Shown in pieces: positions 26,639 to 42,448 of a DNA stretch of 64,000 nt (within the stretch, counting starts at the first letter, position 1; each line of letters opens with the position of its first letter). Source of the stretch: Polyangiaceae bacterium. Lineage in GTDB: Bacteria; Myxococcota_A; Polyangia; Polyangiales; Polyangiaceae. The notes beneath the pieces are model-generated. The model was not told where the DNA came from and did no database searches. It saw only the letters and a list, made by a program, of their open reading frames with translations. The translations under genes and the position numbers were made by a program. The stretch spans positions 256,001 through 320,000 of the forward strand of contig JAPSGB010000003.1 in assembly GCA_035063585.1 (NCBI GenBank), given 5' to 3'.

Positions 26639-27291
26639 CGCGGCCGGAGCACGTGGTTCTCCGCGTGCACGTGCCGGAGCGTGTCCGTCTCGAGCCGCTC
26701 GAGCTCGGCGAACAGGGCGTTATAGCTGCGGCATCCCCACTCGGGGACGCTGAAGTCCTCCGCCTCGGCGCGGATCTTCTGGAGCAGCACCCCGACCGCC
26801 TCGTGCTCCTCGAACATGCTCGAGAGCTCCGCCGCGAGCTCGGGGCTCGCAGCCTTCGCCGCGATGAGCGACGGGAAGAGCTTCGCCTCCTCCTCGTCGA
26901 GGTGCGGCGTGAGGGACTCGCAGAGCTCCTCGACCAGCCCCTCGAGCTCGAGGAGACGCGGATTGTGCCCTCCGTGCACGCGGGCCACCTTCTTCGACAT
27001 GCTGCTCACGAAGGGCAGCGCCTCCCGCAGGTAGCCGTGGTGCCGCGAGACGATGTACTCGATGAGGGCCTGGGTGGACAGCGAGCGGAGCTCGACGTCG
27101 ACGTGATCCTGCGAGATGGCGCCCTCGAGCTCCGCGAGGACCGCGCTCGTATCGAGCGCCTGCTCTTCGCAGAGCTCCGCGAGCGGGCGGTCGCCGTGGC
27201 AGCAGAAGTCGATGCGGTGCTTCTGCAGCACGCGCGCGCACTCCGGGTGATCGATGACGAGCTCGGACGCGATGGTCTCACGATTCAACAT
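26629..27291 (-). CDS. ric: Iron-sulfur cluster repair di-iron protein (Ric/YtfE/ScdA)
   Basis: IDFCCHG ScdA_N motif; hemerythrin-type HH, HLDEEE..LFP, EHE, HVHAEN. Confidence 0.93.
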   Translation of the reverse strand: MLNRETIASELVIDHPECARVLQKHRIDFCCHGDRPLAELCEEQALDTSAVLAELEGAISQDHVDVELRSLSTQALIEYIVSRHHGYLREALPFVSSMSKKVARVHGGHNPRLLELEGLVEELCESLTPHLDEEEAKLFPSLIAAKAASPELAAELSSMFEEHEAVGVLLQKIRAEAEDFSVPEWGCRSYNALFAELERLETDTLRHVHAENHVLRPRYA

Positions 27292-28321
27292 GGCCGCTCT
27301 CCCCAGCATCAACCGTGCCAGGCACGAGCTCGCGCAGCTTGCGCCACAGCGTGGTGCGGCCGATCCCGAGGCGCCGCGCCGCCTCCGCCTGATTTCCCCG
27401 GCATGCGCCTAGCACCTTGAGCAGGTGGCGGCGTTCGACGGCGGCCAGCGTCTCGAGCTCGCCGTCCGGGCTCGGGGCGCGCTCCGGACTCCGGAGCTCA
27501 TCCGGCAGGTGTTCGAGGGCGAGGTCGGCGCCCTGCGAGAGGACCACGCCGTGATGCACGGCGTTGGCGAGCTCGCGCACGTTCCCCGGCCACGAGTAGC
27601 CGAGGAGCGCGCTCTCCGCGGCGGGCGTGAAGCGATGCGGCCGCTCGTCGACGCGCTCGGCGAGCACCGTCGCGAGCGGCAAGATGTCCGCGCGCCGGTG
27701 CCGGAGCGGCGGCACCGTGAAGCGAAACACGCGCAGCCGATAGTAGAGATCGGAGCGGAACCGCCCGTCTCGGACCTCCTGTGCGAGATCGGCGTTGGTC
27801 GCGCAGAGCACCCGCGCATCCACCGAGAAGGCGCGCGTCTCGCCGACCTTCCGCACCTCGCCGTCTTGCAGCGCGCGCAGGAGCTTCACCTGCAGCACGT
27901 GCGGCATCTCGCCGATCTCGTCGAGGAAGAGGGTGCCCCCGCTCGCCTCCTCGAAGAGCCCGCGCTTGGCCGCACTGGCGCCGGTGAAGGCGCCCTTCGC
28001 GTGCCCGAAGAGCTCGCTCTCGAGGAGCTCGCTCGGCAGCGCGGCCACGTTCACCGCGATGAACGGCCGCTCCGCGCGCGGGCTGTTTGCGTGTAGCGTG
28101 CGCGCGAGCACCTCCTTGCCGGTCCCGCTCTCCCCCTCGATGATGACCGGCGCGTCGCTCGGCGCGACCAGCGCCACCCGGGCCAGCACCTCGCGCATCG
28201 CCGGGCTCCGCGCGACCAGCCGGCTGCACGAGCGGAGCCCCTCGAGCTCGACCCGGAGCCCGCACGACGCGCAGTGGCGCCCCACCTCGAACGGCTCGCG
28301 GCACGCAGCGATGTGTTTCAT
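27278..28321 (-). CDS. Sigma-54-dependent activator (AAA+, Fis HTH) with a short Cys-rich N-terminus
   Basis: [67 protein letters not shown]. Confidence 0.95.
   Translation of the reverse strand: MKHIAACREPFEVGRHCASCGLRVELEGLRSCSRLVARSPAMREVLARVALVAPSDAPVIIEGESGTGKEVLARTLHANSPRAERPFIAVNVAALPSELLESELFGHAKGAFTGASAAKRGLFEEASGGTLFLDEIGEMPHVLQVKLLRALQDGEVRKVGETRAFSVDARVLCATNADLAQEVRDGRFRSDLYYRLRVFRFTVPPLRHRRADILPLATVLAERVDERPHRFTPAAESALLGYSWPGNVRELANAVHHGVVLSQGADLALEHLPDELRSPERAPSPDGELETLAAVERRHLLKVLGACRGNQAEAARRLGIGRTTLWRKLRELVPGTVDAGESGHVES
27305..27320 (-). promoter_or_regulatory. Candidate sigma-54 (-24/-12) promoter TGGCACGGTTGATGCT upstream of ric
   Basis: TGGCACG-N4-(A)TGCT with exact GG-N10-GC spacing. 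Confidence 0.5.
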
Positions 28322-28363
28322 ATGTTTCAGTTCGAATCATGCCCCGCGGCTACCCCTTCGTCG

Positions 28364-28377
28364 ATGACCGAAGTCAC
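28364..28377. promoter_or_regulatory. FNR/CRP-family-like box ATGAC-CGAA-GTCAC
   Basis: Perfect TGAC-N4-GTCA dyad in the divergent activator/cupredoxin intergenic region. Confidence 0.5.
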
Positions 28378-28528
28378 CCTCCCTCCCACGGGAGCCTGTC
28401 ATGTGGGGAGAGGGTGCCGCTCCGGCGCGGAAGCTCCCGAGCGTCGCGCACGCGCTCCACGGAGCGCCGGTTCATCCCGTCGCTGCGGCTCGCGCCGGCG
28501 GGGCCGCGCCCGAGAGAGGAACCACGAA

Positions 28529-28993
28529 ATGCCCGACCCCTCGCCGACTCGCCGCTCGCCGCTCACGCGCCGAGGCTCCCTCTTCTCGGCCGCCGCGCTC
28601 CTCGTGGTCGTGCTCTTGGGCTGCGCCCGGAGCGAGGTCGAGGCGGGTAGCGAGAAGCGCTTCACGCTGAAGGCGTTCATGAAAGGGTATGAGGGCGTGG
28701 GCGGGGACATCGACGGCGAGCGGAACCCGACCCTGAAGCTCACCGCGGGCGACCAGGTCGTCGTCACGCTCATCGGCGGCGAGCGCATGGCGCACGACAT
28801 CGCGCTCGAGAAGGCCCGCGCGCAGAGCCTCGCGGTCACCGAGCGCGGTCAGAAGACGGTCTTCAAGTTCACCGCGAAGGAGCACGACACGTACTTCTGC
28901 ACGTTCCCCGGCCACCGCGCGGCGGGGATGGTCGGGCGGGTCGAGGTCGCCCCCGCGCCGGCGGGCTCCGCCGCGCCGAGCGTGAAGCCGTAG
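28529..28993 (+). CDS. Cupredoxin (type-1 blue copper) lipoprotein
   Basis: Lipobox LLGC; ligands in AHDI and YFCTFPGHRAAGM; basic RR-containing leader. Confidence 0.85.
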   Translation: MPDPSPTRRSPLTRRGSLFSAAALLVVVLLGCARSEVEAGSEKRFTLKAFMKGYEGVGGDIDGERNPTLKLTAGDQVVVTLIGGERMAHDIALEKARAQSLAVTERGQKTVFKFTAKEHDTYFCTFPGHRAAGMVGRVEVAPAPAGSAAPSVKP

Positions 28994-29155
28994 CGCGGCG
29001 ACGCGCGCGAGCCCATGAAGCGACCGCGCGGTTCGGGCCGCGCGGTTCCGCGCCGGGCCAACATCCCCTGGAACCCGGCTCGCGGATTTGTCATCCTCGG
29101 CCGGCGCTCGGGCCGAGATACCGGCCGGGTGAACCCGTGGTCAGGAAGAGAGACG

Positions 29156-31585
29156 ATGAAGCACTTCACGCGCGGTGGTCGGGTCTTGGTGATGGCGGCG
29201 GCGCTCTTCGGCGCGCTCGCGAGCGGCTGCGGCTCGAGCGACGACGGCGGCGAGTCGAGCGGGACGTATCACGCGACCATCCGGCGAACGAGCTTCGGCG
29301 TGCCGAACATCCTCGCCGAGGATCTGCCGAGCGCCGGATTCGGCATCGGCTACGCGGCCGCGGAGGACTACGCCTGCATCCTCGCCGATCAGATCGTGAA
29401 GGTGAGGAGCGAGCGCTCGAAGTATTTCGGCGCGGGTGAGCGGGACGCGAACCTCGAGAGTGACTTCGGAGTGCTCGCCGCGAGAGTCTACGAGGCGGCT
29501 CGCGCCGGCTTCCCGAAGCAGAGCGAGCGGACGCGCGAGCTCATCAAAGGGTACGTCGCCGGGTACAACCTCTACCTGAAGGAGCACGCGGACGAGCTAC
29601 CCATGGAGTGCCGCGGCGCCGACTGGGTGAAGCCGATCAGCGCGAACGATCTGCTCGCCTACTATTACTGGCTCGCGCTGCTCGCCAGCCTCCAGCCGCT
29701 CCTGCCCTACCTCTCGAACGCCGCGCCGCCGAACTCGGCGCTCTGGATGCAGCCTCGAGGAACCGTCGACGAGCTCCGCCAGATCTTCCGGCCGCGAGAT
29801 CTCGGCAGCAACGGCTGGGCGATCGGCAAGGACAAGAGCGAAGCGGGTCACGGCATGCTGGTGGCGAACCCGCATTTCCCGTGGGAAGGGAACCTGAAGC
29901 TCTGGGAGTTCGGCGTGAACGTGCCGGGCACGCTCCACGCGCACGGCGTGGGCCTCCTCGGCGTCGGGGCGGTGCTCATCGGCTTCAACGAGAACCTCGC
30001 CTGGACGCACACGGTGACGACCGCCCAGCACTTCACGCTCTACCAGCTCAAGCTCGTGGACGGCGATCCGACCTCGTATCTCTACGACGGCAAGCCGCGC
30101 AAGATGTCGAGCGAGACGGTCGGCGTCGAGGTGCGCGGGGACGACGGCTCGATGAGTCGAGCGTCGCGCACCTTCTGGCGCTCGCACTACGGGCCGATGC
30201 TGAGCCTGCCGGTGCTCGGCTGGACCAACGCGTTCGCGTTCTCGGTGCGTGACGCCAACGAGAACAACCTCGGCATCGTCGAGCAGTTCTTGCGGACCGA
30301 CATGGCCGAGAGCCTCGACGAGCTCGATCGGATCAACGAGGAGGTGCACGGCATCCCGTGGGTGAACACCATGGCGACCGATCGCGACGGCACCGCCTAC
30401 TACGCCGACGCCTCGCGGGTGCCGAACCTCTCGGACGCGACCATGGCCGCCTACGACGCAGCGATGACGAGTGATTTTCCGACCCAGACCGCGGCGTCCC
30501 TCGGCGTCACCATGCTCGACGGCAGCACCTCGCGCGATGAGTGGCTCGAGACGAACGGCGCGCCCGTGGTGCCGTTCTCGAAGAGCCCGAAGCTCCGCCG
30601 CTCGGATTTCGCGTTCAACGCCAACGACTCGTACTGGCTCGCCAACCCGGCGGCGCCGCTCGAGGGCTTCCCGAGACTCTTCGGCAGCGAGCGCACGCCG
30701 CGCAGCCCGCGCACGCGCATGAACGCCATGATGCTCACCGAGCTCGGCGCCGACGGCGCGTCGGGAGCGGACGGCAAGTTCTCCTTCGACGAGCTCTCGG
30801 CAGTGCCGTTCTCGGACCGCGCGAGCATCGCGGAGCTGCTCCGCGACGAGGTGGTCGCGCGCTGTACGGGCGCGCTTCCGATCACCGTGAAGGGAGAGAC
30901 GATAGCTCTCGCGGCCGCCTGCGACGCGCTAAGATCGTGGGATCTGCGCCTCGATCTCGACAGCATCGGAGCGGTCGTGTGGCGCGAGTTCTTGGCCGCG
31001 CTCTCGAACCAGCTCATGGACGCGGGCAAGCTCTTCGCGAATGGGTTCGACGCCGCGCACCCGGTCGCGACCCCGAACGGGCTCACCGCCGCGCCTGCGA
31101 GCGGCGACGACCCGGTGCTGGTGGCGCTCGCCACGGCCGTCTCCAACCTCGGCAAGGCCGGCTTCGCCGTCACCGCGACCCTCGGCGAGCTGCAGCACGC
31201 GCGAAAGGGCGAGCTCGTCATCCCGATCCACGGCGGGAACAACCTCGAGGGCGCGTTCAACATCGTGGGCTATGACGGCGAGTCGGGCACGCTGCTCCGG
31301 TCGACCTCGCAGCCCAAGACGCTGAGCGCCGCCGACCTCACCGATGAGGGCTACATCATCAACAACGGCTCGAGCTTCGTGATGGTGCTCGAGTTCACGG
31401 GCGACGGGCCGCGAGCCCGAGCGCTGCTCACCTACTCCGAGTCGAGCGATCCCGACTCGCCCCACTACGCGGACCAGACGCAGCGCTTCAGCGAGAAACA
31501 GTGGCGCCCCGTCGTCTTCACCGAGGACGAGATCGCAGCGGACCCCGAGCTTCAGACGGTCGAGATCAGCGGCGCGAAGCGGTGA
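29156..31585 (+). CDS. Penicillin acylase family Ntn-hydrolase (PvdQ/AHL acylase-like), lipoprotein
   Basis: Lipobox ASGC; IRRTSFGVP; beta-chain start GSNGWAIG; ANPHFPW; AWTHTV; YSESSDPDSPHYADQT. Confidence 0.92.
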   Translation: MKHFTRGGRVLVMAAALFGALASGCGSSDDGGESSGTYHATIRRTSFGVPNILAEDLPSAGFGIGYAAAEDYACILADQIVKVRSERSKYFGAGERDANLESDFGVLAARVYEAARAGFPKQSERTRELIKGYVAGYNLYLKEHADELPMECRGADWVKPISANDLLAYYYWLALLASLQPLLPYLSNAAPPNSALWMQPRGTVDELRQIFRPRDLGSNGWAIGKDKSEAGHGMLVANPHFPWEGNLKLWEFGVNVPGTLHAHGVGLLGVGAVLIGFNENLAWTHTVTTAQHFTLYQLKLVDGDPTSYLYDGKPRKMSSETVGVEVRGDDGSMSRASRTFWRSHYGPMLSLPVLGWTNAFAFSVRDANENNLGIVEQFLRTDMAESLDELDRINEEVHGIPWVNTMATDRDGTAYYADASRVPNLSDATMAAYDAAMTSDFPTQTAASLGVTMLDGSTSRDEWLETNGAPVVPFSKSPKLRRSDFAFNANDSYWLANPAAPLEGFPRLFGSERTPRSPRTRMNAMMLTELGADGASGADGKFSFDELSAVPFSDRASIAELLRDEVVARCTGALPITVKGETIALAAACDALRSWDLRLDLDSIGAVVWREFLAALSNQLMDAGKLFANGFDAAHPVATPNGLTAAPASGDDPVLVALATAVSNLGKAGFAVTATLGELQHARKGELVIPIHGGNNLEGAFNIVGYDGESGTLLRSTSQPKTLSAADLTDEGYIINNGSSFVMVLEFTGDGPRARALLTYSESSDPDSPHYADQTQRFSEKQWRPVVFTEDEIAADPELQTVEISGAKR

Positions 31586-31720
31586 GCCGGTGAGCGGCGC
31601 GCTCAGTCCGCCACCCCGCGGCTCCGCAGGGTGCGGAGCGCCAGCACGCGGAGCTCGCCTTCCCTCATCGGGAGCGGGAGCTGCTCGCTCGTGAGCGCGG
31701 TGATGATCCCGCGCCCGCGC

Positions 31721-33541
<1,821 letters not shown>

Positions 33542-33565
33542 GTCGGAATCTCCAAGGGTCGAGCG

Positions 33566-37360
<3,795 letters not shown>

Positions 37361-37378
37361 GTCGGCTCGTCTCCGCGA

Positions 37379-37396
37379 ACTGACGCTGACGTCAGT
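37379..37396. promoter_or_regulatory. Palindromic operator ACTGAC-GCTGAC-GTCAGT (copy 1)
   Basis: Perfect 6-bp arms, 18 bp upstream of the activase ATG at 37360. Confidence 0.65.
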
Positions 37397-37578
37397 GTAT
37401 TCCTTCAACTAGCGAATGCGCGGCCGAACCGCAACCCCGCGCGGCCCGAATCCGCCCTCCCCTCCACCGCAGAAACCGCGACGAAACGCCGCAAAACGTA
37501 ACGTAACGTCAGATATGCGGCGAGCCCAGACCGGCCGCACTCGGCGCGGTTCCGCGCCGGACCGACACCCCGGATCTG

Positions 37579-37596
37579 ACTGACATGAGCGTCAGT
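37579..37596. promoter_or_regulatory. Palindromic operator ACTGAC-ATGAGC-GTCAGT (copy 2)
   Basis: Same arms, 200 bp from copy 1; its reverse complement matches copy 1 at 16/18. Confidence 0.65.
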
Positions 37597-37748
37597 ATGA
37601 GCGGTCGCGGAGGCCGCGGGAGCGCGCGCGGGGGACGTGGGAGAGCGGTCGCGGGGCCCGCGAGAGCGCGCGCGCGGGGGCCGGCTCGGGCGAAGATCGC
37701 GGCGTCTCGAGCGGCCGCGCCGTGGTAACGTGCCGGCCCGAGGGACAC

Positions 37749-38780
37749 ATGAGGCGACTGTCTTTGGCGGCGGGGATCCTGGGCATCTTCGCGCTCGGGG
37801 CTTGCTCGGGGAGCGGCTCGAACGGTGGAGCGGCCTCGGGCGGCGGCGCCGGCGCGAGTAGCGGCGGGGCGAGTAGCGGCGGGGGGCCGAGCAGCGGCGG
37901 CGCGAGCGGCGGCGGCGCGGTACCCACGGTCGGCGGCTGCCCGATCTTCACCGCCGACGACGAATGGAACCGCGACATCTCCTCGGCGCCGGTCGACGCG
38001 ACCTGGACCCAGCGGCTCCGAGACATCGTCGGCGCGAAGCGAATCCACCCCGACTTCGGCGGGGAGTACGGGATCCCGTATAACGTCGTCTCGTCGTCGC
38101 AGCCCGCGGTGCCGATCGCGTTCGACGACTACCCGGACGAGAGCGATCCGGGGCCGTACCCCTTCCCGGAGCCGGGGAGCATCGCGATCGAAGGCAACGC
38201 GCCGACGAGCTGCGACGGCGACTGTCACGTGCTCGTGGTCGAGACGGGCTCCTGCTCGCTCTACGAGGCGTGGGCGTGCGAGCACCGCGGCGGACAGTGG
38301 CACTGCGGTAACGGCGCCAAGTGGGATCTCACGCGCAAGAGCTACGGGCAGCGCCCGATGGGCTGGACCAGCGGGGACGCGGCGGGGCTGCCGATCCTTC
38401 CGGGGCTGGCCCGCTTCGAAGAGGCCGAGGCGGGCGCGATCCGCCACGCGATCCGCTTCACCATGCACTGCTCGATGGCGGGCTACGTCGAGCCCGCGAC
38501 GCACCGCGCGGCCGCCGGGGACTGCGGCTCCGACGCGCCGCCGATGGGGCTGCGCGTGAGGCTCGCGGCGAGCTACGACGTCTCGAGCGCGCCGCCGCGG
38601 GCGCGCGCGATCCTCACCGCGATGCAGCGCTACGGCATGATCCTCGCGGACAACGGCTCCGACTTCTACTTCCAGGGCGACGAGAACCCGGGCTGGACGG
38701 ACGACGATCTCGATGCGCTGAAGGCGGTGCCGGCGAGCGCCTTCGAGGCCATCACCCCGGGGCCGATCGGCAACGAGTGA
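37749..38780 (+). CDS. Conserved hypothetical lipoprotein with Gly/Ser linker
   Basis: Lipobox LGAC; ASSGG repeats; globular region YPDESDPGPYP..GWTSGDAAGLPILPGL..YGMILADNG. Confidence 0.75.
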   Translation: MRRLSLAAGILGIFALGACSGSGSNGGAASGGGAGASSGGASSGGGPSSGGASGGGAVPTVGGCPIFTADDEWNRDISSAPVDATWTQRLRDIVGAKRIHPDFGGEYGIPYNVVSSSQPAVPIAFDDYPDESDPGPYPFPEPGSIAIEGNAPTSCDGDCHVLVVETGSCSLYEAWACEHRGGQWHCGNGAKWDLTRKSYGQRPMGWTSGDAAGLPILPGLARFEEAEAGAIRHAIRFTMHCSMAGYVEPATHRAAAGDCGSDAPPMGLRVRLAASYDVSSAPPRARAILTAMQRYGMILADNGSDFYFQGDENPGWTDDDLDALKAVPASAFEAITPGPIGNE

Positions 38781-38827
38781 GCCGCGCGCTTGAACGCGCG
38801 CGCCCCCCGCGTTACCGGGAGGTCACC

Positions 38828-39493
38828 GTGGCTGCCCGTCCCAGCAAGAAGAAGCCGGTCGCCAACAAGGCCGAACGCCAGCACGATATCCTGACGGCCG
38901 CGCGCGATCTCTTCGCGAAGCGCGGCTACCACCAGACGACCATCGACGACATCGTCGCCGAGGCCGGGGTCGCGCGCGGCACCTTCTACCTCTACTTCGA
39001 GGACAAGCGCGCGATTTTCGTCGATCTCATCGACCGCTTCAACGCGCGCATCTCGATGGCGATCCTACGGATTTCCCCCGACGACTCGGCGCACACGGTC
39101 GCCGAGCAGGTGCGCGCCAACATCCGCGCCATCATCGGCGTCTTCCTCTCCGAGCGCGCCATGACCAAGATCCTGTTCACGGACGCGGTCGGGGTCGATC
39201 CTGCCTTCGACCGTAAGCTCGCCACCTTCACCGACGAGGTGGTGGGGCTGCTCACCGAGAGCTTGAAGGAGGGGCAGGGCCTCGGCATCGTCGCCGACGG
39301 CGAGCCGCGCGTGCTCGCGTACCTCACCATCGGCGCGCTGAAGGAGCTCCTCTACCAAGCGGTGACCCTCGGGCTCAGCGAGGAGAGCGCGGAGGTGCTC
39401 ACCCAGCAGCTCTACTCGTTCCTCTCCGAGGGCTACCTTCGCACCGGCGCTGGCGGGGCGCGCAGCCCCGCGCGCCGTCACCGACACCGCTGA
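38828..39493 (+). CDS. TetR/AcrR-family transcriptional regulator
   Basis: ILTAARDLFAKRGYHQTTIDDIVAEAGVARGTFYLYFEDK. Confidence 0.93.
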   Translation: MAARPSKKKPVANKAERQHDILTAARDLFAKRGYHQTTIDDIVAEAGVARGTFYLYFEDKRAIFVDLIDRFNARISMAILRISPDDSAHTVAEQVRANIRAIIGVFLSERAMTKILFTDAVGVDPAFDRKLATFTDEVVGLLTESLKEGQGLGIVADGEPRVLAYLTIGALKELLYQAVTLGLSEESAEVLTQQLYSFLSEGYLRTGAGGARSPARRHRHR

Positions 39494-39835
39494 GGCGGAC
39501 GGCCGGGAGGGCGCGAGCGGGGCGCGCCGAGCGGTGGTTCGGGTGTCTCGCGCGCCGCCACCGGGAACTTTACCGCCGGCGGCGCCGGCTGCAGGATGGG
39601 GCTGGGGGCGGCTCGGCGCGGAATCGACCGGTCCGGTGCCTCGACACGGCGCGGATCGACTCCGGCAATCTCCCGGAAACCTCCGCCCGCTATCCGTCTC
39701 GAGATGGCGCGTCGCTGCATGGCGAAGGGTCCCGCCGCTCTCGAGGACGGCGCCGGGGTCATGAGCGGCGCGCTGCTCACCGGGCGCGTCGCGCTCGCTC
39801 CTTCCGCGCCGGCGGAGAAGGGATAACCGGATTTC

Positions 39836-41047
<1,212 letters not shown>

Positions 41048-41094
41048 CGGGTCGCTCCCGAGGCTGACACGGCGCGATGGATGGTCGCACGCCG

Positions 41095-41922
41095 CTACCG
41101 CTCGCGCGCCGTCGAGCGCACGACCGCACCGCCCCGCGCCGCGATGACCTCTCCCTCGTCGAGCGGACGCCAGGGCTCGTCCGTGAGCGGGACGCTGGCG
41201 AAGAGCGCCACCCGCTCGGTGGGCGCGAGGGCGACCCCCGCCTCAGCGCCGGTCGCGTCCACGGCGCGTTCCCCGCGCGGCGAGCGCGAGCGCGTGAGCA
41301 GGTGAAGCCCGGGCGGCAAGATGGCGTCGCCGCGCGCGGGCTGCGTGCGGCGGTGCCCGTGCGCGAAGAGCGCGTCCCCATCCGAGTAGAGGAAGTTCGC
41401 GGGACCGAGCGGCCGCAGGCGCGCGGCAAACTCCGCGACCACTCCGAAGCGCTCGTCGAGCGACGGGACCTGGCCGGGCTCGCGCCAAATTCGCGCGAGC
41501 TCGCCGAGCAGCGCGCAGAACGCGCGCTCCGAATCGGTGTCGCCAATCGGCTGATGAGCGCCCCCGGCGGGCGGCGCGTCGAGCCCCTCCAGGTTGCCGT
41601 TGTGCGCGAACGCGTGCACGCGCCCGCCCAGCTCGCGGGTGAACGGCTGGGTGTTGGCGAGCCGGCGCGCGCCCTGCGTCGCGCGCCGGACGTGTGACAT
41701 CACGATGCTGCTCGAGAGCGCGTGGTCGAGCAGGAACCGCACGCACGCGCTCTGGTCGGTCGGCACCGGCTCCCGAACGACCCGCGCGTCACCGTCCTCG
41801 AAGTACGCGACGCCCCAGCCGTCGGGGTTCCGCGAGTCCGCCGCGCCGCGCCGCGAGAATTCGCGAAAGCTGAAGCTCACGTTGGTCGGAGCGCTCGCGC
41901 TCATGGCAAAGAGCTCGCACAT
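41095..41922 (-). CDS. Class II glutamine amidotransferase-like protein (YafJ/EgtC family)
   Basis: N-terminal MCELF (Cys nucleophile), DGWG, HVRRATQG, NTQPF, FAHNG, GDTDSE. Confidence 0.9.
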   Translation of the reverse strand: MCELFAMSASAPTNVSFSFREFSRRGAADSRNPDGWGVAYFEDGDARVVREPVPTDQSACVRFLLDHALSSSIVMSHVRRATQGARRLANTQPFTRELGGRVHAFAHNGNLEGLDAPPAGGAHQPIGDTDSERAFCALLGELARIWREPGQVPSLDERFGVVAEFAARLRPLGPANFLYSDGDALFAHGHRRTQPARGDAILPPGLHLLTRSRSPRGERAVDATGAEAGVALAPTERVALFASVPLTDEPWRPLDEGEVIAARGGAVVRSTARER

Positions 41923-42078
41923 CGCCGCTTCGAGGAGCCATAGCGCCGCGGGCTGCGCGCGCCCAGGGGGTACGCCGGCGGCGCCCGCCTCCTCGGGTCG
42001 GGGAGCGGGCGTAGGCCCGGCGCGGCCGGCGGCGCGGGGCGTGCGCGCGCGGCGGCGCGTGCCTACATTCTGGCGACG

Positions 42079-42094
42079 AGGTACGGCGCTTGCA
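42079..42094 (+). promoter_or_regulatory. Candidate sigma-54 promoter AGGTACGGCGCTTGCA
   Basis: GG-N10-GC spacing with TTGCA, upstream of the DUF2007-like/DUF302 genes. Confidence 0.4.
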
Positions 42095-42113
42095 GCCGTG
42101 AGAGGAGTCCAAA

Positions 42114-42428
42114 GTGCCATTTTGCCCGAATTGTCGTGACGAATACGTCGTCGGAGTAGAGCGCTGCGAGGGCTGCGGGCGCGCGCTCGTGGCAGAATTG
42201 CCGCCGCTTCCCGCGCTCGGGGACGTGCGCTGGCGGGAGCTGCCGTCGTTCAACAACGAGGCGGAGGCGCAGATGGTGCGCGCGGCGCTCGACACCTCGG
42301 GGATCCGTACCATGTTGAAGCGCGACGTGTTCGTCTCGGGGTTCGGGAGCCACGGCACCGTGGTCTTCGTTCCCGAGGAGAGCTACGACGAGGCGGCCGG
42401 CATCCGCCGCTCGATGGTCGGCGACTAA
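42114..42428 (+). CDS. Zinc-ribbon plus DUF2007-like putative signal-transducing protein
   Basis: CPNC..CEGC; EAQMVRAALDTSGI..VFVPEESYDEA. Confidence 0.75.
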   Translation: MPFCPNCRDEYVVGVERCEGCGRALVAELPPLPALGDVRWRELPSFNNEAEAQMVRAALDTSGIRTMLKRDVFVSGFGSHGTVVFVPEESYDEAAGIRRSMVGD

Positions 42429-42448
42429 CCAACGTGAGAGGTGACACC

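Noticed and set aside
39704..39720. TGGCGCGTCGCTGCA as a sigma-54 promoter for amtB
   Set aside because: GG-to-GC spacing is 9 nt rather than the required 10.
39494..39835. Riboswitch or glnK remnant upstream of amtB
   Set aside because: No recognisable aptamer consensus or PII-like reading frame by eye; an Rfam scan would be needed.
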